Position numbers and translations under genes: made by a program
DNA from: a virus
DNA: 64,000 nucleotides
IMG/VR virus record: IMGVR_UViG_3300028559_000026
Coordinates: 1-64,000 of that record
Direction: 5' to 3' (one strand)
Shown here: piece after piece, positions 29,061 through 39,575 of the stretch
How positions within the stretch are numbered: the stretch's first letter is position 1
How the letters are laid out: the number at the start of each line of letters is the position of its first letter
Notes under the pieces: model-generated
What the model saw: the letters and a program-made list of their open reading frames with translations, nothing else
What the model was told of the DNA's origin: nothing
Database searches by the model: none

Positions 29061-30281
29061 TTACTTTGTTTTAACGGGTGGAGCCACAGCGGAAGTCCTA
29101 GATCCAAAAATCCCACTACGGATACGTGCCAATACAGATCCGGCAGCTTGTGGTTTAGGGATAAGTGGATTAGCGCCAGTAGGACCATCAGCGGGCTTTA
29201 CTGAGCTTTGCGTAGTAGACGCAGGCACCCCATTGGGACGATTGAAGTCAAGGCTCTGTGCAGGCTTCACACTGGAGCTGATCGGAATTGAACGAAAATT
29301 GCCCGCTGGACCCTTAACGCCCGGAAGTGTTTTATTTGGTGCGTTGGCTGGCAGTTCGGTATTCTTTGGCAGTAGACCGAGTAGGGCCTTGAATAGTTCC
29401 TCTACAGGTGCATCTTTGGAATAACCCTTATAACCAGTAAACTCAAACTTAACCAGCTTCTCTGCTTTCTTCTCAGTCTCAGCGCTAGGACCGGTCCAGG
29501 ATGCGTTATTGCCCATTAGACGCTCATACATAATAAGCATGTTTGCGTGCTGACTGGCTGAAACCTCATCCTTGTAGCTAATAGACTTGTTTAGACCATT
29601 AAGGTGATGTGCAGCACCACTAAGCAATTCAGCCTTGGACATCGAAGCGGGCATATGCTTAATGCGGAGTGCTTCAAACTGTTTCTCGGTTTCATTCTTC
29701 ATTACCGAAGTTGATACACTGACACGGGAAGTAGTAGAGGTGGATGCTGCTTTAGGTGGCTTAGCGGTAAGCACCTTAGACTTGGCAGAGAGCTTGGGTG
29801 AACCACCAGCGCCCGGTGGCTTAGCTGCAGGCACTTCAGCCTTTGTGGTTTTGTCTGGTTGCTTCTGTTGCTCTAGTGGCTTTACTTCTTTATGCTCTTG
29901 TGGTAGTGCGGCAATGGGCTGCTGCATCATACCGATACCCAGACCGGTTACGAATGAGCCTACACTCTTCTTAACAGGCTTGCCCGTACCCTTACACATC
30001 TTGCAAAGAGAACTTGACTTTCCTTTGCAACCAGAGCAGGTTTCGGTAAGTGCCATCTCGTCCTTGCCGAGCTTAGGCTTTCCACCACCAGAACCATCGC
30101 CGTTATCTACAGACTTCCCAGCCTTGGGCATACTTTTCAGCCCTTGTCCACCGATATTTTTATAACGATTCTTATCGGAATCATTTGCGTTATTCAGATT
30201 AATCAGGTCTTCGGACTTGAGAATATTAGTCAAACTCTTCTCAAGTCTTGAAAGTTGCTTTTCGATGTTTGTGTAATCCAT
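29061..30281 (-). CDS. putative internal head protein, low complexity, many xxK[SAN] motifs
   Basis: LEKSL, ILKSE, VKKSV, TTKAE, VMKNE, MSKAE, LFKAL; CxxCxG zinc motif; start 30281 by AATCT-N7. Confidence 0.6.
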   Translation of the reverse strand: MDYTNIEKQLSRLEKSLTNILKSEDLINLNNANDSDKNRYKNIGGQGLKSMPKAGKSVDNGDGSGGGKPKLGKDEMALTETCSGCKGKSSSLCKMCKGTGKPVKKSVGSFVTGLGIGMMQQPIAALPQEHKEVKPLEQQKQPDKTTKAEVPAAKPPGAGGSPKLSAKSKVLTAKPPKAASTSTTSRVSVSTSVMKNETEKQFEALRIKHMPASMSKAELLSGAAHHLNGLNKSISYKDEVSASQHANMLIMYERLMGNNASWTGPSAETEKKAEKLVKFEFTGYKGYSKDAPVEELFKALLGLLPKNTELPANAPNKTLPGVKGPAGNFRSIPISSSVKPAQSLDFNRPNGVPASTTQSSVKPADGPTGANPLIPKPQAAGSVLARIRSGIFGSRTSAVAPPVKTK

Positions 30282-30288
30282 AAACACA

Positions 30289-30293
30289 AGATT
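30289..30293 (-). promoter_or_regulatory. AATCT-N7-start late-promoter motif
   Basis: AATCT tgtgttt ATG(30281). Confidence 0.7.
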
Positions 30294-30301
30294 AATTCGG
30301 T

Positions 30302-31312
30302 TTATGGTGGTTGCGGTAGTCCATATATATCTATGTCATCATCCTCATCACCAACAATAGGTGCATCATTGTCTGGCTGACTTAAGAACTTACCACCACC
30401 AATTACTTTAGGGCGAGCTAGCGTGTTATTGATTCTGTCATCCTCAGACTCCACCCACCACTGGAGTATGGCACCGCTGATAGAAATGAATCGGGTAAAA
30501 ATGGGTTGTGCTTCCACACCTTCAAAGTATCGAGCTAAGCCAAAGTCACCAGAGTCTAATGCTGTAACCTCAAAGCCTCGGCCTTCTATTAATGCTTTAC
30601 GGTTTCTGAGCAGCACGAAAGTTAGAATGGAATGTAGGTATGTGAGATGTATAGCTTCTGACTGGACATGGGTACCTATTGCGTAAGTCTCCTGGAACCG
30701 AGCATTACCAAACATCAATAGCTTTGGTGGAAATGCTCCTCTAAACACTGACCCATTAAACTCATCGTTAATGTTGGTGTCTAAAACGATGGTGTTAGGA
30801 TTGTCTTTGCTACGTGATATAACTTCTAGTATCTTGTACTGATTACCATTGCGAGTGACCAGTATTTGGCCAGCGGTTAACAGAAGCTGCTTGGATATCG
30901 CTTCTGGAATTACCATAATACCTGTTGATCGGTTGTAAGAAAGTGGATTGAATGAATCAGAGATATTGTTCCATCCAGTTAACTGTGACGCCTCTCTCTT
31001 TTCATAGTTAACATCTGCTAGCGTGTTATTGCTTTCACTGGACTTCATAATGGCAATAGTGATACAGGGGAATTGGACCTCACCGAGTCTCCGATTAATT
31101 ACCACTGCGACATCAGTTGACAGAAACCAGCGCTTGGCTTCAGCAATTTCCTTTTCACCATAACGATTTTTGGTAAGGTCGTCTTTGGCAAGACTAGCAA
31201 AGCAAAAGTCAAGCAAATAAGGCTTCAACCTCATTTCGTGTAGACCTGCCATAATAGCGGTTCTAATGATGATGTCCGACTGGAAAATACCAAGAGCTTT
31301 TGTTTCGACCAT
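30302..31312 (-). CDS. probable tail terminator/neck protein
   Basis: FPCITI, YAIG.H, IFTRFI.I; upstream of the sheath. Confidence 0.55.
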   Translation of the reverse strand: MVETKALGIFQSDIIIRTAIMAGLHEMRLKPYLLDFCFASLAKDDLTKNRYGEKEIAEAKRWFLSTDVAVVINRRLGEVQFPCITIAIMKSSESNNTLADVNYEKREASQLTGWNNISDSFNPLSYNRSTGIMVIPEAISKQLLLTAGQILVTRNGNQYKILEVISRSKDNPNTIVLDTNINDEFNGSVFRGAFPPKLLMFGNARFQETYAIGTHVQSEAIHLTYLHSILTFVLLRNRKALIEGRGFEVTALDSGDFGLARYFEGVEAQPIFTRFISISGAILQWWVESEDDRINNTLARPKVIGGGKFLSQPDNDAPIVGDEDDDIDIYGLPQPP

Positions 31313-31319
31313 ACAGAAG

Positions 31320-31324
31320 AGATT
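31320..31324 (-). promoter_or_regulatory. AATCT-N7-start late-promoter motif
   Basis: AATCT cttctgt ATG(31312). Confidence 0.7.
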
Positions 31325-32087
31325 AAAGTCTAGCCTCTATATATTTTACAAGTGACGGAGCAATGAGGTTATCCCACTGTTGTTGCGCCCAATCAGAAGC
31401 CTCATTCATAAAGTTCATAGGGGCAGTACCTGGATGGTCCCATTTATCAGCAGACTCTACATGCTTAGATGAAGCTATACGAAATGTCATAATAGATCTT
31501 TGCACATGGTCATTACCTTTTTTATCCTTGACCTTGTGCTGATATATCTTGGCACCTTTCAAGATTGGAAAGTTCTGTAATGGTGATGGAAAGTTAATGG
31601 AATGGAGCATGCCGAGTTTGGGCTGTCCAGTTTCCTTATCCTTCTCTATTTTTCCAAACGGTATACGCGACTTCTTTAGTTCCTGCTTGATAGTGGCCAC
31701 AATATTGGCTTGTGCTGGTGTAGCCACACTTGGTCCTACATTATGCTTAAACGGTATAGCAAGATACTTAGAACCATCCTTAGCTGTTTTGGCTTTAGGT
31801 GATGCTAAAAGATCTAGCAGCATATTGTGCTCTGATACACCTTCCTCAATCCATCTAGCTTCACCATCTAGTGTGATAAGAAATGTGTGTTCATTGACCT
31901 GGGAGTGATGCAACGCCTCAATATACATCTCTCTTCTGGAGTGTAGTTTTTGGGCAGCCTGTTCTACTATTCGGGCATGCGTCATGATAGTAAGCTGCTG
32001 CCCAGTCTTTTCAATTTCGCTCTTGATAGCGTCAGGCAGACTTAGCATCTTATCTAGCGGAGTTAAATCTAGGTTAACAAAGAACAT
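31323..32087 (-). CDS. probable tail completion/neck protein
   Basis: KLHSRR..Y, IEEG, KDGSKYLAIPF.H, TFRIASS, W.HPG. Confidence 0.6.
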   Translation of the reverse strand: MFFVNLDLTPLDKMLSLPDAIKSEIEKTGQQLTIMTHARIVEQAAQKLHSRREMYIEALHHSQVNEHTFLITLDGEARWIEEGVSEHNMLLDLLASPKAKTAKDGSKYLAIPFKHNVGPSVATPAQANIVATIKQELKKSRIPFGKIEKDKETGQPKLGMLHSINFPSPLQNFPILKGAKIYQHKVKDKKGNDHVQRSIMTFRIASSKHVESADKWDHPGTAPMNFMNEASDWAQQQWDNLIAPSLVKYIEARL

Positions 32088-32110
32088 GAATCACCTAATG
32101 GTCATACTTG

Positions 32111-35100
32111 CTAATCGGATGGCCGAAGCGAGCTGGTGGGATGTCCATAGTCAGCAGCCGCTGTTTCTGGTTGCTTAGACATAATTAAACCGGTCCTACC
32201 CTCTTTCCATCTCTCACCAGTAGGCGTCAACACCTTAAATCGACCAGAAGACTCAATTACAGTGCCTACTGGCAGCTTAATACGTGGTTTCTTTGGTGCA
32301 TGTGGCATGGGTAAGCCAGCCTTCTCTAAATGGCTTGCGTATGCTGCTTTTAGCTTCTTTATCAATTCTGGATCTTTGGCATTAGGGGATAACTCATCCT
32401 TTAAGGTGTAGCCATACCCACCAAACTTCTCATCATACGGTCCTTCTGGTTTATCTACTGCTTTATCGCCAGACAGTACCTTAACTCCACTATGGAAAGC
32501 ATGTGTCATTAAAGACTCATACATGGCAGAGCCCAGGCCCATCTTGCGATGCTCTGGATGAACCTCTGAATGTGCAATCTTTAGTATACCGTTATTAATA
32601 AGACCATTACAAAAACCTATATGCTTGCCATCTTTAATAACATTTGCCTCGACTTCCTTACGATTAATCCATCCTGGGACCGAGGACTCGTGTACTACTA
32701 GGTTGTATCCAGGACTCGCCATGTGTGAATAGTCGTAGCTCTTATTGTCCTTTCCAGCTAGCTGACTAACCAATGGGTCTAGTGCCCCAACAGGAGCATC
32801 CACGGTATCGTCGTTCTCCTCGTTATCCAGAGTAGATGCAAATCTATGACCATTAGCAAAGCTATCTGTATACGACGTAGAATTAGGATGTGACACTGTA
32901 ATGTGTTTATGGTTGAGATCGCCAGTGACATGAGCACTATATCCATATGGCAAGCTATACTGTTTTCCACCATTAGCTGTACCAGTCAGTGTAGGCGTGA
33001 TTAACTTTCCCACCTGATTGTTGGCTAAAGCCATTTTCGTTAATGGCTCAGACTTAGCTGTCGGCTCCAATTCATCCTTCAAGGTGTAATTATATGGTTG
33101 AAACTTGTTGTCGTACGGACCAGTTGGAACCTCATCAGCTCCTGGATATTTTTGTGGTCGGTACTTCATTCCATGCTTACGTGCCAATGCGGCATGGGTA
33201 GCACTAGCCAAAGAGGAGTGAGTGCTACCAATAACTCTTTTATAGCCATTATGATAAGCGTGAGTCATCAACGCTTCATACATAGCAGAACCTAGACCTT
33301 TTTGGCGGTGTTTGGCATCTATACGTGCATAATCAATGGTTAGTGCTCTTTTCTTGTAATGTGGATAAGGCCCCATTTCTACGTTAGCCATTCCGCCTTC
33401 ACAAAAACCCACATAATTACCGTTATGCAGGATATGTGCGGTTACTTTTTTTCCAGTATGATTGACTATCATCTTATACTCTTTGCCATTAGGTGGCAAT
33501 AGGTGTGAATAGTCATAAGCATGACTTTGTTCCAATAGAGGAATGCCGGTGTGCTTACTCACTAAATCATCAACCATAGCAGATACGACATTACCCATAT
33601 TACTCATATGAGCATCACGACCCATTTCCATAGATGACGATTCGCCGCTATACGCAATGTGTTTAAGTGGATAGATATTCTTGTCTTTGAGGGTGGTGTT
33701 GTATTCGTGGTCTGTGGGGCTTTGTCCTGGAGCATGCACTAGGGCGTTAACAAATTTACTACCACTACTTTTGGGTGCAATACTCACAGTGTGGCCGGTA
33801 GGTAACTGATAGTTTTTACCACCATCACTAGAATCTGGTAGTGGTTTGGGCTCAATCGGTTTGCCCGGTGTATTGTCTGCCAAAGCCATCTTTGCTAGTG
33901 GCTCTGATTTAAGGGCATAGCTGTATGGGCCAAACCTTTCATCGTATGGACCAGGAACGGACTCGCCATTTGGATTTACCTTGGGCTTGTAATTCATCCC
34001 ATGTTGCTCAGCTAGTCTTTTGTGTACTGACGACGCCATAGAAGAATGTACATCGCCTTCAACATTCTTGTATCCATTATGAAAAGCATGTGTCATTAAT
34101 GCTTCATACAATGCTTTACCGAGCCCTTGTCCTCGATGATTGGGATTTAACTTGGAATGTCCAATATGCAAAGAACCATTAGTGAGGAATCCGGCACAAA
34201 AGCCGACATGCTCACCATTGCGAAGAATATGCGCTTGTATCTTAATAGGTGATAATTTAGAAAATGAATTAGATTGATGATTTAGTAAAAGAGTATATGA
34301 TTTATCTGGCAGTAGATGTGAGTAGTTGTAACTGGCACGATTTAGATCTTCCGTCTTCATGCCAGTCAACGACTCCACTATGCCATGTACGGCTGTATGC
34401 AATGGACTGCTGGTGGTATTATCACTATCCATGATATTACCCTTACTGTCCTTAAAATACTTTTGGGTGAACACGTTTCCTTTCACTCTATGACGAACCA
34501 GGGCGGTAGCAACATGACTAGTACTTTCATCATGTATTTTCACTTCAGCAGTGTGATTATCTGGAAGTTGAAAGTGTTGAATATTTGCGCTTGGGGAACC
34601 ATCATTGGCTAATTCTGATAAATGCGGATATTGCTCCTCAAACTTCTTCGGGACAACCACTTGACCAGTCTTATTATCAGCCAATGCCATTTTGGACAGG
34701 TCTTCTGACTTGGCTAGATCAGGCTTATTGACTTCGGGCGATAAGCTACGAGCCATATCAATGACGTTTTGGGTCAAACCAATAAGGATTTGATATACCT
34801 CTGGTGACTTCTCTCTAAGCTGCTCTAACTCTGGAGCCTTCATTCTCATAGCCTGAAGGACTTGGGCTATCTTCTGTTTGAGCTGATTGGATTCCTGAAT
34901 AACTCTTTCAGTTTGCTCGGCATCCACCATATCTTGTTTCTGTGCATACTCGTGTAGAGCACTTTCAAAAGTGGGCGATGGGGATGGTTCTGATTTGTCA
35001 AGCTCCTTTAGCTCATTTTTCATGGATGGAGAATAGATCAGTACTCGGCCACCACCACGACCCTCTGCAGTCCTGCATGCAATTTCTGCATCAGCCAATG

Positions 35101-35383
35101 AACTACCTACACCAACAGACATAGGTGTACTAATAACTTGCTGGTATGCTTCTACACGCTCTATTAGTTCGTGTAGATGATTAGCTGGTAGTGTTGCTCT
35201 ACCACCCATACTGTCAATAATGGTAATGCGACCCCCTACAGCTTCCAGCCAAGCCTTCCAGGTATTCTTAGCAGTCTCCATGGATTGACTAGCGTTGTTC
35301 AAACCTTCGGTATCTTCACGCATAGCCATACCAGTCAGCTTCTTAGGAATTTGGTCGTTTGACCATGAAATATAAAGTTGCAT
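32111..35383 (-). CDS. Polyprotein: degenerate mCpol/GGDEF-like domain + three GNAT acetyltransferase repeats
   Basis: GNAT motif A HRGQGLGKALYE / HRQKGLGSAMYE / HRKMGLGSAMYE; each repeat opens with KSE..L.KMALA(D/N)N. Confidence 0.8.
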   Translation of the reverse strand: MQLYISWSNDQIPKKLTGMAMREDTEGLNNASQSMETAKNTWKAWLEAVGGRITIIDSMGGRATLPANHLHELIERVEAYQQVISTPMSVGVGSSLADAEIACRTAEGRGGGRVLIYSPSMKNELKELDKSEPSPSPTFESALHEYAQKQDMVDAEQTERVIQESNQLKQKIAQVLQAMRMKAPELEQLREKSPEVYQILIGLTQNVIDMARSLSPEVNKPDLAKSEDLSKMALADNKTGQVVVPKKFEEQYPHLSELANDGSPSANIQHFQLPDNHTAEVKIHDESTSHVATALVRHRVKGNVFTQKYFKDSKGNIMDSDNTTSSPLHTAVHGIVESLTGMKTEDLNRASYNYSHLLPDKSYTLLLNHQSNSFSKLSPIKIQAHILRNGEHVGFCAGFLTNGSLHIGHSKLNPNHRGQGLGKALYEALMTHAFHNGYKNVEGDVHSSMASSVHKRLAEQHGMNYKPKVNPNGESVPGPYDERFGPYSYALKSEPLAKMALADNTPGKPIEPKPLPDSSDGGKNYQLPTGHTVSIAPKSSGSKFVNALVHAPGQSPTDHEYNTTLKDKNIYPLKHIAYSGESSSMEMGRDAHMSNMGNVVSAMVDDLVSKHTGIPLLEQSHAYDYSHLLPPNGKEYKMIVNHTGKKVTAHILHNGNYVGFCEGGMANVEMGPYPHYKKRALTIDYARIDAKHRQKGLGSAMYEALMTHAYHNGYKRVIGSTHSSLASATHAALARKHGMKYRPQKYPGADEVPTGPYDNKFQPYNYTLKDELEPTAKSEPLTKMALANNQVGKLITPTLTGTANGGKQYSLPYGYSAHVTGDLNHKHITVSHPNSTSYTDSFANGHRFASTLDNEENDDTVDAPVGALDPLVSQLAGKDNKSYDYSHMASPGYNLVVHESSVPGWINRKEVEANVIKDGKHIGFCNGLINNGILKIAHSEVHPEHRKMGLGSAMYESLMTHAFHSGVKVLSGDKAVDKPEGPYDEKFGGYGYTLKDELSPNAKDPELIKKLKAAYASHLEKAGLPMPHAPKKPRIKLPVGTVIESSGRFKVLTPTGERWKEGRTGLIMSKQPETAAADYGHPTSSLRPSD
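32395..34690 (-). repeat. three tandem intragenic GNAT-containing repeats (starts 34690, 33889, 33034)
   Basis: Repeated MALA(D/N)N...Y(D/N)YSH...HVGFC.G...LMTHA(F/Y)H.G...GPYD..F..Y.Y.LK; the third copy has an internal deletion. Confidence 0.85.
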
Positions 35384-35390
35384 AAATTGA

Positions 35391-35395
35391 AGATT
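35391..35395 (-). promoter_or_regulatory. AATCT-N7-start late-promoter motif
   Basis: AATCT tcaattt ATG(35383). Confidence 0.7.
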
Positions 35396-35431
35396 GCTTT
35401 CTCGCGGTATTTAATAGCAGGAGGACCGACG

Positions 35432-35911
35432 ATGCAGACACCAAAGTTTGAGACAAAGGATTCTGGAAGTAAGGATAAGACGGCCACGGGCGCTAAACGC
35501 GATTCAGAGGCTGGCAAGGGTCGCCCTGACCTACTGCCATGGGAGTGGATCGAAAAGCTGTCTCAAGCAATGGAGAACGCAGATCCAGACGCTTTAGAAG
35601 GGCTGAAGCTGGTACCTGTAAGCTGGCTGATTCGGCTGGCTAGTTTGTACGGGCGTGGTGCTAAGAAGTACGGTGCCAATAATTGGAGGAAAGGTTTTCC
35701 ACTAAGCCGGACATTTTCATCTATGATGCGGCACGCAATGAAATGGGCTCAGGGCTGGAATGATGAGGACCACCTGATCGCTGTCATTTGGAATGCCATC
35801 ACTATTATTGAGACGGAATATATGATTGATGCCCCTGCGTCAGTTATTCCTAAAGAGTATGCAGATTTTGGTCCTAATAAACCCAGGCTGAAAGAGGATG
35901 TAGGAGAGTAA
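35432..35911 (+). CDS. dATP/dGTP diphosphohydrolase-like (DUF5664)
   Basis: GAKRD...[24 protein letters not shown]...W, EDHL....WN; GGAGG SD before ATG 35432. Confidence 0.8.
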   Translation: MQTPKFETKDSGSKDKTATGAKRDSEAGKGRPDLLPWEWIEKLSQAMENADPDALEGLKLVPVSWLIRLASLYGRGAKKYGANNWRKGFPLSRTFSSMMRHAMKWAQGWNDEDHLIAVIWNAITIIETEYMIDAPASVIPKEYADFGPNKPRLKEDVGE

Positions 35912-35913
35912 GA

Positions 35914-36357
35914 ATGGATACCCCAATTAAGATCAAGAAACTGCGTGATAATGCTCAAATCCCTCAGTACCAGACCGCTGGTTCTGCTGGTGCCGATCTA
36001 GTGTTTGCACCAGAAAACCGCCATGCCGTTGCAATGCTAGATCCTATGGACCGATTTCTGCTAGAAACAGGTCTGTCAGTAGAGATTCCACCTGGATACG
36101 AAATCCAGATTCGACCGCGTAGTGGTCTAGCTAACAAGTATGGTATTACTGTCCTTAACTCTCCTGGCACTATTGATAGTGATTATCGGGGAGAAATCAA
36201 AGTATTGCTCGTTAACCTGGGCGATACACCAGCCATTATCAATCCTGGTGATAGAATTGCACAAATGGTGGTAGCTATGGTACCACGAGCTATGTTTGTT
36301 GAGACTGAACTAGAGGAGTCGGTAAGGGGCGCTGGGGGATTTGGTAGTACTGGTTAG
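35914..36357 (+). CDS. dut: dUTPase (trimeric)
   Basis: [38 protein letters not shown]. Confidence 0.97.
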   Translation: MDTPIKIKKLRDNAQIPQYQTAGSAGADLVFAPENRHAVAMLDPMDRFLLETGLSVEIPPGYEIQIRPRSGLANKYGITVLNSPGTIDSDYRGEIKVLLVNLGDTPAIINPGDRIAQMVVAMVPRAMFVETELEESVRGAGGFGSTG

Positions 36358-37070
36358 ACTCTCTTCAAATTCTTCACATTGATATGTCGATATGGATGCT
36401 TCTTTACGTACTCCTGATATTCAGAATCACCCTGGTATCCAGCCATCTGTTGTGGGCTATCGCGGCGTTCACTTACTGCGACGTGCCCCGCCCTGCCACA
36501 CATATCACAGTCGCACTGTTGAACAGTCCAGGTTTTGCTTCCATCAGCGCCCTTAGCTTGGCCAGTAGAAGCCAGGAAATTGGGAGTTAGGCGTACTTTG
36601 GCACCCACAGCAATGGGTGCTGATTTGTCTTGACCTTTAGATAGCTTTACAACATCAACCAATAGCTTGGCTAGTGGTAGAATTTGATTAAGTTCGCTGC
36701 GGAGCAGTGGTAGTTGGTCGGCTGCATGTGCCATAAATTTCACCCTTTTCTGATTAATATCCGGTATTACTTGCTTGACTTCTGGTGGAACAGGTCCTGC
36801 CGGGTTATGTCCTAGAGCCCTCATATAAACATCATACATCATCTTGTGTTCTTTGGATGATGGGTCTGCAACTGCTGATGCTGCAGTAAAAGCCTTCCAG
36901 TGATGTGCTGCAGCTTCAATATAGTTCTTGACCCTGTACGATTTGTATGCCTTCTCTTCGGCGTCCTGGCGTGGCATGTTCTGCCCAAATTCAAGCTCAG
37001 CAGCATGGCGGTCTAGGTGTTCCGCATGTTTCGGGTCTAGTATATCCTTGCCTCTCCATTGGGTAAGCAT
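36354..37070 (-). CDS. putative head cargo protein, modular
   Basis: Shares an AAHH module with 29061..30281 and an LPLA.LL.DV.KLSK helix with 39576..39836. Confidence 0.65.
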   Translation of the reverse strand: MLTQWRGKDILDPKHAEHLDRHAAELEFGQNMPRQDAEEKAYKSYRVKNYIEAAAHHWKAFTAASAVADPSSKEHKMMYDVYMRALGHNPAGPVPPEVKQVIPDINQKRVKFMAHAADQLPLLRSELNQILPLAKLLVDVVKLSKGQDKSAPIAVGAKVRLTPNFLASTGQAKGADGSKTWTVQQCDCDMCGRAGHVAVSERRDSPQQMAGYQGDSEYQEYVKKHPYRHINVKNLKRV

Positions 37071-37852
37071 TATCTTAGCTCCAAAGCAAGCATCATTAAC
37101 GCTTCCGTGTCTTTGGGTGCTGTCAAGATAAATCCGTCTGTCGTAGGGGTTGTGGTTGCATGCTTAGCTAGTTCAGAGTAGCAGAAGCACCCCACAAACT
37201 TACCAGCCTTAAATCGGGTAGTCTTACATAGCTTACATTCCTGCATAGACTGACTCTTTGTTACCTTAACAGTCTTACCTGGAATAGCACCTTTCTTTGG
37301 TGTTTGGGTAGCTACACTCTTAGGGGCTACTGGTGCCATTGCGTTCGTGGCGTTTGCGGGTGGGTTAGCGTTTGTTGGCTTGGCAGTGGTGCCCTTGGGT
37401 TCTGCCTTACCGATCTGCAGTTTGTGGAGAGGGGACTTTTGCATGACACTACGCACTGCCGCACGATTCTCATTCTTGATTACTGTACCAATCATCTGAT
37501 CAAGCGATTTGCCTAGCTTGACGATATCTTCTGATTTAGCCATCACGTCAGGAATTTCAGCTCCTAGACTGATCGAGACGTATGCACCAATCTCCATCGC
37601 CGACTTCTGGCTATACTCCAACACCTTGCCATTTAGAGTGGCTGAGCCCGTATATAGACCATTAGTCCTTTCAAACTTAATCATATTCTTGGTGCCGGGT
37701 ACCAAGCCTTCATACCTTTCACCTACTGCACCGATCCATGACAGAATAGCTCTTGGCAGTAACACAGCACCAAGCTGGGAATGTTTCCTAACCACACTCT
37801 CTAGCGCTTCTGAACAATGTTTACCCAGCAAAGCCTCTAAAAATACATTCAT
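37070..37852 (-). CDS. putative head protein with C-terminal Cys cluster
   Basis: MAKSE, LGKSL, IGKAEP; CKLC...CFC; AATCT 10 nt upstream. Confidence 0.65.
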   Translation of the reverse strand: MNVFLEALLGKHCSEALESVVRKHSQLGAVLLPRAILSWIGAVGERYEGLVPGTKNMIKFERTNGLYTGSATLNGKVLEYSQKSAMEIGAYVSISLGAEIPDVMAKSEDIVKLGKSLDQMIGTVIKNENRAAVRSVMQKSPLHKLQIGKAEPKGTTAKPTNANPPANATNAMAPVAPKSVATQTPKKGAIPGKTVKVTKSQSMQECKLCKTTRFKAGKFVGCFCYSELAKHATTTPTTDGFILTAPKDTEALMMLALELR

Positions 37853-38010
37853 GATAAACAATAGATTGACTTTCTGTGCTATACTTATTTCAATGATTGA
37901 TATTATGATAGCTATGCCATCTATTGTATGGTTGGTGATTATACCAACCGCAATGGCTATATGCTGGTGGGTGGTGGTTAAAACGTCTTCTATGCTCGAA
38001 AGGAAATTTC

Positions 38011-38433
38011 ATGCGACCAGAATGGAATAAGTATTTTATAGATATGGCAGTAGTGGTATCCAGTAGAGCAAGCTGTCCAAGACGTTCTGTTGGCTGTCTG
38101 ATTGTAAGTGTTGATCATCGAATCCTGGGAAGCGGTTATAATGGCGCCCCAGCTCACCTACCACATTGCATTGATCTTGGGTGTGATTTGGTTGAGGGTC
38201 ATTGTGTACGAGCCAATCATGCTGAAACTAATGCTATTTCACATGCAGCTAAATATGGCGTGTCCATTAATGGTGCTTCAGCCTATATTACTACATATCC
38301 GTGCTGGCCTTGTTTCAGACAATTGATCTCTGCGGGAATTAAGAAGGTGGTGTTTAAGGATATCTATAGACCAGATGAGCGTGTGGCTAATGCGGCTAGA
38401 TTAGCTGGTGTGCATATTGAAATGCTAGCGTGA
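38011..38433 (+). CDS. dCMP deaminase
   Basis: SCPRRSVG, GYNGAP, HAETNA, PCWPC. Confidence 0.93.
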   Translation: MRPEWNKYFIDMAVVVSSRASCPRRSVGCLIVSVDHRILGSGYNGAPAHLPHCIDLGCDLVEGHCVRANHAETNAISHAAKYGVSINGASAYITTYPCWPCFRQLISAGIKKVVFKDIYRPDERVANAARLAGVHIEMLA

Positions 38434-39255
38434 ACCGAAGTCTAGTGTTTCTTTGGGCGGTCTTACCTGTCTAGCTTTGTTTGAGTTTGCTACAGCCAAT
38501 TCATCGTTATCTTGATTTTCAAAGAAAAACTCTCTCTGAATCACTGCAAACTGCGGCATCTTGGTAACTTGCTTAGTGCCATTCAAATAGTCCTCTTCTG
38601 AGGAGCCTACGCGGATTTCATGTGGCAGATGGACAATATACCAATAAGGATGGTATGTGTAACGAATACTGTATACTGTGCCACGGTTTTCATCTGCAAT
38701 GAATCTAGGCTGCCTAGAGCCCCAGCGTATACGACCATCCACAACAGAAAAGTCTACACCCTCTGCATACCTTTCCATGTCTGCATCAATCAGGTCGATA
38801 ACTTTGCTAACTGGAAAATTCAGCTTATCAGTGCCGGACATACCAACTTCGGCAAGTTGCCAAAACGGGACTGTAATACCGTCCTCATCTAGATATAGGC
38901 GGTCAAATGGTGCCACCATAACCAGTTCCATGCTCTCATCATAATGTCTTGGAACAGTAATGCTGGCAGAGGCTGAGTTAATCAAGCCTGGGTCATCCGA
39001 TCGAGACGACATAGAGTTACCAGTGAAAAGACAGGTGATGCGGCCTGCCATAGTGTAGAGATAGCCGTTAGAGCATCCAGAGTGGTCTGGGTGAGGTCTA
39101 CGAATATCCTTTGGATCTACTAGGCCAACAGGGCATTTCATGGCTCTCCAATGTTTGAATTGGACACCATGATTTTTGATAGCAGCATCAAATGCCGCTA
39201 CATCAAATCGCACTTCTTTCTCAGGTAAGTCTATTTGCCAAACAGGGTCTGCCAT
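38425..39255 (-). CDS. probable head closure/neck protein
   Basis: FD..I..HG, CP.G, C.NGY.Y, DRL, YSIRY...P. Confidence 0.6.
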   Translation of the reverse strand: MADPVWQIDLPEKEVRFDVAAFDAAIKNHGVQFKHWRAMKCPVGLVDPKDIRRPHPDHSGCSNGYLYTMAGRITCLFTGNSMSSRSDDPGLINSASASITVPRHYDESMELVMVAPFDRLYLDEDGITVPFWQLAEVGMSGTDKLNFPVSKVIDLIDADMERYAEGVDFSVVDGRIRWGSRQPRFIADENRGTVYSIRYTYHPYWYIVHLPHEIRVGSSEEDYLNGTKQVTKMPQFAVIQREFFFENQDNDELAVANSNKARQVRPPKETLDFGSR

Positions 39256-39566
39256 TGTCCTGGATACTCCCCTTGCAATTTCCTGGTAAGCACTCTAGCG
39301 TCTGGTAGGTATTCGGCCATCTCATGGATTGACAGCGAGTCTGATTTAAGTAGCTTATCCACCACCATATTGGGTTCAGCCTTTTCAGCCAAGAAACGTG
39401 CAATACCAATATGAGGACCAGCTCCAAGAGTGCGATAAGTGCCCTTGTCTTTCTGGACGGCGACTACCATGTGTAGTCCACCGCTGGTAGCTATATGAAA
39501 AACGTCGGCATCATCCAGATGTCCGATTCGCTGTTTGGTGGAGATATGCTTTTTTTCTAGGTTCAT
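39231..39566 (-). CDS. hypothetical head-region protein
   Basis: AEKAEP, LLKSD motifs. Confidence 0.6.
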   Translation of the reverse strand: MNLEKKHISTKQRIGHLDDADVFHIATSGGLHMVVAVQKDKGTYRTLGAGPHIGIARFLAEKAEPNMVVDKLLKSDSLSIHEMAEYLPDARVLTRKLQGEYPGQWQTLFGK

Positions 39567-39575
39567 TTTGCAATC

